In this document: piece after piece, positions 58,767 through 64,000 of the stretch
How positions within the stretch are numbered: the stretch's first letter is position 1
Layout of the letters: each line of letters opens with the position of its first letter
From: an uncultured candidate division Zixibacteria bacterium
GTDB lineage: Bacteria > Zixibacteria > MSB-5A5 > GN15 > FEB-12
Direction: 5' to 3'
DNA length: 64,000 bases
NCBI GenBank assembly: GCA_963806185.1
Contig: CAWDXE010000006.1
Span: forward strand, 1-64,000
Notes under the pieces: model-generated
What the model saw: only the letters and a program-made list of their open reading frames with translations
Told to the model about the DNA's origin: nothing
Databases searched by the model: none
Position numbers and translations under genes: made by a program

Positions 58767-59993
58767 ATGGCGGGATCATCCTTTCGAAAAATCTCTCCGG
58801 CCGGTACTCGACTCCGGGCCGGCGATATCCTCCACGCCGCCTCGCGCGTAGGCTATGACCCACGGGTTGATGAACGTGTCTGCCGCCTTCTCGCCGACCG
58901 CTTTGCCGTGCGTCATTCGTTGCTGACAAATTCCGGCCGCGCCGCGCTCACCGTCATTCTGCAAGCACTGGCTCAAGGCGACTCCCGCAACGAGGTTATT
59001 CTCCCCGGCTACACCTGCTTCACCGTCGCCGCGTCAGTCCGACGTGCCGGTCTCAAAGTACAACTGGTGGATCTGAAACCCGACTCTCTCGATTACGATC
59101 AGGCTGATCTCGAACGCAAAATCTCTCCCCGAACACTCGCCATTGTGGCGATCTACCCATTTAATCTGACTATCGATATTGAATCGTTACAGCAGGTCGC
59201 CCGGAGAAATGGCGTCTATCTCATCGAGGACGCCGCCCAGGCGATCGGCCTGACCGTCGGTGGCAAATCAGCCGGGACAATTGGCGACGTCGGTTTTTTC
59301 AGCCTGAGCAAGGGGAAGCCGATCACCACCATGTCCGGCGGAATCATTGTTACAAACCGTGACAATCTAGCCGTCCGGATGGCCGAAATTCTGGATGGAT
59401 TACCGCGGCCGGGAGCGGCGAAAAATCTGAAAGTTCTTGTTACTTCGCTGGCGATGAAGGCATTGATTAATCCTCGACTATATTGGCTGGTTGACCATAT
59501 CCCCGGCGTGACTTTGGGCGAAACGGTTTATCGCCCGTCCTTTGCGATGTCTCGGATGCCGACAGCGTCGGCACTGCTGCTCGAGCATCTGCTGCCGCGC
59601 GTGGCGCCGATCAATCAGGATCGAGCTTCGAACGCTGCACGCTGGATCGGGTTACTGGCCGGGCGGGGCGGAGTGTCCGTCGTCGCGGGCCACCACACCG
59701 ATGAGAGTCTCTATCTGCGGCTGCCGCTGTTGTGTCGATCCAAAGCGCACCGCGAAAGGTTGTTTGAGGTTTTGAAGTCCCTTGGCGCAAGTCGCATGTA
59801 TGGCGAACCGTTGGAAGTCATCGACGATGCCGACCTGTTTTCTCCGGACGTGCAGCCGTGCCCGCAGGCACGCAGTTTTGCCGATCGACTGCTCACGCTG
59901 CCAACCCATGAGTATGTTAACGACGACGATATGGCGACGACTATCCGTTTGCTCGATACCGTCGCGCCGCAGGTGACTGTCGATCATGAATAA
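58767..59993 (+). CDS. DegT/DnrJ/EryC1/StrS-family aminotransferase-like protein
   Basis: SGRAAL, PGYTC, IEDAAQ, FSLSKGK, LTLPTH. Confidence 0.85.
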   Translation: MAGSSFRKISPAGTRLRAGDILHAASRVGYDPRVDERVCRLLADRFAVRHSLLTNSGRAALTVILQALAQGDSRNEVILPGYTCFTVAASVRRAGLKVQLVDLKPDSLDYDQADLERKISPRTLAIVAIYPFNLTIDIESLQQVARRNGVYLIEDAAQAIGLTVGGKSAGTIGDVGFFSLSKGKPITTMSGGIIVTNRDNLAVRMAEILDGLPRPGAAKNLKVLVTSLAMKALINPRLYWLVDHIPGVTLGETVYRPSFAMSRMPTASALLLEHLLPRVAPINQDRASNAARWIGLLAGRGGVSVVAGHHTDESLYLRLPLLCRSKAHRERLFEVLKSLGASRMYGEPLEVIDDADLFSPDVQPCPQARSFADRLLTLPTHEYVNDDDMATTIRLLDTVAPQVTVDHE

Positions 59994-61110
59994 AGTCCGC
60001 ATCCTGCAATTGATTGAGGATACCGGCGCCGTCGGCGGCGCCGAGAAGCTGGTATGCGATCTGGCCCGTTTCCTGAGTCCCGAACGATTCACCAGCCTGA
60101 TTGCCATTGTCGGTCGCCCCGATGCCAATATGCCGTACGAGCAGACCGGCAGCGAAGTCGTCTATATTGAGCCGTCGCCCAATCTCAGCCCCAAGCTGAT
60201 CCGGCAGATTTGCCGAGTGGTCGGCACCAGGGATATCAGTCTCGTTCACTCTCATCTGATCCGGATGAATACGCACAATGCCCTCGCCTCGGTCTGGCAT
60301 CGTCGACCGACGGTTGGCTCGATTCACGGCATTCTGCCCTACGAGACCACCAGTTCCGCCCGTCTCTACACCAAGCTCGCCACCTGGCTCAATGACCGAA
60401 CCGTCGTGGTGTCCGAGCCGCTGCGCCGGGAATTCCTGCGCATCTACGGCGGCAATTCCAGAAAGATCGTGACCATTCACAACGGCTTCGATCACACGCG
60501 CTTCGAGACACCCATCTCACCCGAAAGCCAGGCCGAATTCCGCCGCCAGTTCCTGCCGGGTGATAATTCACCCGTGATCTGTGCCGTGGGCAATTTAAAG
60601 GAAGTCAAGGGGTACCGCTACCTTGTCGACGCGGTCGCGTTGCTGAAGGTGAAGTTTCCGCGCATTCATCTGCTGATCGCCGGCAACACCATGCGCCTGC
60701 GCGACCTGGGCTTGATCGATCAAGTAGCCACGCTCGGGCTCGAACCGCACGTGACCTTCCTCGGTGAATTCAACAACATCAGCCTGCTCTTCTCCGTCTC
60801 CGATCTCTACGTCTGTTCGTCTTTGCACGAGGGATTTTCGCTGACCACGGTCGAGGCGATGGCCGCGGGATTGCCCGTCGTCGTCACCGATAGCGGCGGT
60901 CCGGCGGACATTGTCGAACCCGGGAAGAGCGGCATACTGGTTCCGACGGCGAATGTCGGCGCCCTGGCCGACGCCGTCACGACGGTCGTGCAGGATAAAG
61001 ATCTCGCTCGAGCGATGGGCTGTTACGGCAAACGCGTGGCCTACGAACGCTTTTCCATGAACAGCTTTATCAGTCGGCACGAAACGCTTTATCAAGAGTT
61101 GGTCGGCTGA
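59986..61110 (+). CDS. GT4 glycosyltransferase
   Basis: GGAE, IHNG, KG, EGFSLTTVEAMAAG. Confidence 0.92.
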   Translation: MNKVRILQLIEDTGAVGGAEKLVCDLARFLSPERFTSLIAIVGRPDANMPYEQTGSEVVYIEPSPNLSPKLIRQICRVVGTRDISLVHSHLIRMNTHNALASVWHRRPTVGSIHGILPYETTSSARLYTKLATWLNDRTVVVSEPLRREFLRIYGGNSRKIVTIHNGFDHTRFETPISPESQAEFRRQFLPGDNSPVICAVGNLKEVKGYRYLVDAVALLKVKFPRIHLLIAGNTMRLRDLGLIDQVATLGLEPHVTFLGEFNNISLLFSVSDLYVCSSLHEGFSLTTVEAMAAGLPVVVTDSGGPADIVEPGKSGILVPTANVGALADAVTTVVQDKDLARAMGCYGKRVAYERFSMNSFISRHETLYQELVG

Positions 61111-61113
61111 GCG

Positions 61114-62238
61114 ATGAGCATCCCCATCGTGCATCTGCGCAGCACCTTCCAGGTCGGCGGTCCTGAAAAGTTGATCCTCTCCGGCATTCAGCATATGCAG
61201 GGAGACGATTTCACTTTTACCCTTTCGTCCTTCTCCCTGCCTGCCCGACCGAATCGGTTTGCCGAGTACGCCTCGTCCCTGGGCATCCCCGTGGTCCAGA
61301 TTGCGGTCAATGGCTCCTTCGACCGCCGCGCCTTGGACGGCGTGCGCCGGCTGGTCGAAAACACCGGCGCCAGACTGCTGGTCGTTCACGACTACCGCGC
61401 CGTCATCATCGCGCTCATGGCCGGCCTTCGCCTCAAGGTACCGATCATGGCCGTTGCTCACGGCTGGACCTCCCAGAGCCTCCGCGTACGGATGTACGAA
61501 TACATCGAGCGCTTCGCCCTTCGCCGCGTCGACGCCGTCGTGGCCGTGTCCAAACCCAAGTTTCAGGAGCTGCTCAAGATTGGTGTGGCCGAAAGCCGGC
61601 TCACCCTGATCGAAAACGGGGTCGAGATTCCTCCGCGTGAAAAGATGGCGCGCGATACCCGTCTCAAAGACGATTTGGGCCTCCCCCATGACACCCTGCT
61701 CATCGGGAGTGTGGGCCGCCTCAGCCCAGAGAAGGGGCACCGCTTTCTGGTCGATGCCGCCACGCGGCTCGCGCCGGCCAACCCCAACGCTCGGTTTGTT
61801 ATTTTCGGCGAGGGCCCGCTCCGCAGCTCCCTGCTCGCTCAGATTCGACGGGCCGGTCTCGACCATCTCTTCTTCCTTCCCGGCTGGCGTACCGATATGG
61901 AAAACGTCTATCGCGGCCTCGACCTCTTCGCCCTCCCGTCACTCACCGAAGGACTTCCGATGGCGTTGCTCGAAGCCATGTCCTTCGGCCTGCCTTCGGT
62001 GGCGACCACCGTCGGCGGCTGCCCCGATGTGATTGAAGATCATGTCTCGGGCTTTCTGGTGCCGCCCTCCAGTGTCTCAGCTCTGACCGACGCCCTGGGC
62101 CAGTTGCTCGTCGATGAACCGCTGCGCGATCGTATGACCGATTCGGCCTACGACCGCATCGCCGACCGGTACAGCATGACTCGGTATGCGTCGCAATTCG
62201 CCGCGTTATATCACCAATTGGCGGGAGGTGACCGGTGA
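61114..62238 (+). CDS. GT4 glycosyltransferase
   Basis: GRLSPEKG, EGLPMALLEAM. Confidence 0.92.
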   Translation: MSIPIVHLRSTFQVGGPEKLILSGIQHMQGDDFTFTLSSFSLPARPNRFAEYASSLGIPVVQIAVNGSFDRRALDGVRRLVENTGARLLVVHDYRAVIIALMAGLRLKVPIMAVAHGWTSQSLRVRMYEYIERFALRRVDAVVAVSKPKFQELLKIGVAESRLTLIENGVEIPPREKMARDTRLKDDLGLPHDTLLIGSVGRLSPEKGHRFLVDAATRLAPANPNARFVIFGEGPLRSSLLAQIRRAGLDHLFFLPGWRTDMENVYRGLDLFALPSLTEGLPMALLEAMSFGLPSVATTVGGCPDVIEDHVSGFLVPPSSVSALTDALGQLLVDEPLRDRMTDSAYDRIADRYSMTRYASQFAALYHQLAGGDR

Positions 62239-63446
62239 AACTCATCTTTCTCACCGGCGACATCCCCTGGCCGCCGTTCACCGGCGCCAAATTACGTACG
62301 TATAATCTGCTCAGGCACCTGAGCACCGAGCACGAGATTATCCTCATCACCATGCTGACCAGCCGCGACGATCAGCCGCGCGTCGACCATATGAAGAGTC
62401 TCGGCACCCGAGTGGAACACATCTGGAAACCGCCGCAGCCGGGCTGGTCGTTTGCGACGGGTATCGCCAAAAACCTGGCGTCACCCAATCCGTTCATTGT
62501 CGACAAGCACTACTGTCAACCATATGTTGATCTCGTACGATCGGTGGTCGCTCGCGAGAAGGTCGATCTCATTCATTGCGATTCCATTTCGCTCGCGCTG
62601 GGCATCTGGGATATTGAATCGGTTCCCACTCTTCTTACCGAGCACAACATGGAGGCCATCATCTGGCGGCGGTATTACGAGGAAGAACGTAATCCACTGA
62701 AACGCTGGTACATCAAAATGCAGGCGGAGCGGGTGCACTCGTTCGAACAACGCGCCTGCAAGCAGTTCGACCTCATCGTCGCTGTCTCCGATGACGACAA
62801 GCGGCGCCTCGAGACAGAGTACCAGGCCGACAATGTCGTGGTCGTCCCGAATGGCGTCGACACGGAATATTTCACTTCCGCCGCGATACCCGAGGAGCCC
62901 AATCGCCTGGTCTTCACCGGCTCCATGGACTGGCGCCCCAATCAGGATGCGCTTCTCTATTTCTATCGCGAAATTTGGCCGCTCATCGTCGCCGAAAAAC
63001 CGAATACGGAACTCTGGCTGGTCGGCCGCCGACCTCCGTCGTCTCTCACCGCGCTGGCCAGGGCCGATCGACGAATTCACGTCACCGGGCAGGTGGATGA
63101 TGTCCGCCCGTATATTGATGCTGCCCCTGTCTATATCGTGCCGCTTCGCATTGGCGGCGGCAGTCGCTTGAAGATTCTCGAGGCACTGTCCATGAAGAAA
63201 GCGATTGTCTCCACCTCGATCGGCGCCGAGGGTCTGCATGTTGAACACGACCGGCATCTGATTCTCGCCGACACGCCACAGGCCTTCGCCGCTCAGGCCC
63301 TGCGCCTGCTCGACGATCCGACGACACGACGCCGGCTGGGCGAGACCGGTCGCGCCATGGTCATCAAGGATTACGATTGGGAGCGCATCGCGCAAATTCA
63401 GGTCCAGGCATGGCAACAAGCCGTGCGCGCCGGGGGAAAGCGATGA
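62235..63446 (+). CDS. GT4 glycosyltransferase
   Basis: EHNME, PNGVD, FTGSMDWRPN, GGGSRLKILEA. Confidence 0.9.
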   Translation: MKLIFLTGDIPWPPFTGAKLRTYNLLRHLSTEHEIILITMLTSRDDQPRVDHMKSLGTRVEHIWKPPQPGWSFATGIAKNLASPNPFIVDKHYCQPYVDLVRSVVAREKVDLIHCDSISLALGIWDIESVPTLLTEHNMEAIIWRRYYEEERNPLKRWYIKMQAERVHSFEQRACKQFDLIVAVSDDDKRRLETEYQADNVVVVPNGVDTEYFTSAAIPEEPNRLVFTGSMDWRPNQDALLYFYREIWPLIVAEKPNTELWLVGRRPPSSLTALARADRRIHVTGQVDDVRPYIDAAPVYIVPLRIGGGSRLKILEALSMKKAIVSTSIGAEGLHVEHDRHLILADTPQAFAAQALRLLDDPTTRRRLGETGRAMVIKDYDWERIAQIQVQAWQQAVRAGGKR

Positions 63447-64000
63447 CCGAGAGCTTGTTTATCGTTTCCGTACTCCTGATTGTCTACACGTACGCGGGGT
63501 ATCCGATTTTTCTCAAACTTCTTCCCCGCCGCCCCTTCACACCGGGCGACCGCTTCACGCCGCCCGTGACCATCGTGTTGTCGGTTTTCCGAGGAGTCGA
63601 TGTTATCGAGAAGAAACTGCGCAACACCTTCGCCACCGACTACCCTCAGGACAGGCTGGAATTGATCGTCATCTGTGACGGCTCCGATGACGGCACCGAC
63701 AAGAAAGTGGCATCGTTCGGTGATCCGCGCGTCAAACTGATTCGTCAAAACCCGCGCCAGGGAAAAACCGCCGCGCAGAAGAAGGCGGTCGTATCGGCCT
63801 CGCACGACCTGCTCATCTTCACCGATTTGACCACCATGCTCGATCCCGATTCTATCCCGCACCTGGTTGCCCCGCTGGCCGACCCGGCTATCGGCCTGGT
63901 GTCGAGCGAAGACATTTGGGTCACGGCCGACGGCGCATCGTCACAGTCCGGGCAGGGGGCATATGTAAAATATGAAATGTGGCTGCGCGACCGCGAATCG
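63443..64000 (+). CDS. GT2 glycosyltransferase, 3'-truncated by window edge
   Basis: ATGA overlap with the previous stop; translates MTESLFIVSVLLIVYTYAGYP...DYP...DGSDDGT...GK. Not in the ORF track because it has no stop. Confidence 0.85.
   Translation, partial: MTESLFIVSVLLIVYTYAGYPIFLKLLPRRPFTPGDRFTPPVTIVLSVFRGVDVIEKKLRNTFATDYPQDRLELIVICDGSDDGTDKKVASFGDPRVKLIRQNPRQGKTAAQKKAVVSASHDLLIFTDLTTMLDPDSIPHLVAPLADPAIGLVSSEDIWVTADGASSQSGQGAYVKYEMWLRDRES

Overview
A 64 kb GC-rich bacterial window, most likely candidate division Zixibacteria (inferred from Cys-flanked dockerin-like C-termini and PNP(Y)/FlgD-like C-terminal domains). Scattered single-base frameshifts look like long-read errors. Left to right: (1) an outer-membrane protein, a DUF2723 membrane glycosyltransferase, and an 876-aa peptidase-S74 fibre protein whose centre looks like a mosaic of short motifs resembling pilin, tail-tube and phage structural proteins; (2) a 10 kb zone with 12 GTAG-family REP hairpins and a RAYT transposase, punctuating small cargo-like genes and bracketing a Tdh-AcpS-acyl-CoA synthetase-ACP-Kbl-Kbl cluster; (3) an orphan BMC shell gene, and a compact minus-strand locus of sigma70 promoter -> small secreted protein -> TPR/sigma54 activator -> terminator -> sigma54-like promoter -> ~125-nt candidate sRNA, which looks like an undescribed peptide-signalling circuit; (4) housekeeping and stress genes (two ECF sigma factors, oligopeptidase B, ThpR, glutathione peroxidase) and FN3/dockerin surface proteins; (5) from ~41 kb, a large surface-polysaccharide cluster (flippase, CDP-sugar and C-methylation enzymes, GTs, polymerase/ligase, FemAB-like) running off the right end. 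No rRNA, tRNA or CRISPR array was seen. All family calls come from motif recognition, not database searches.
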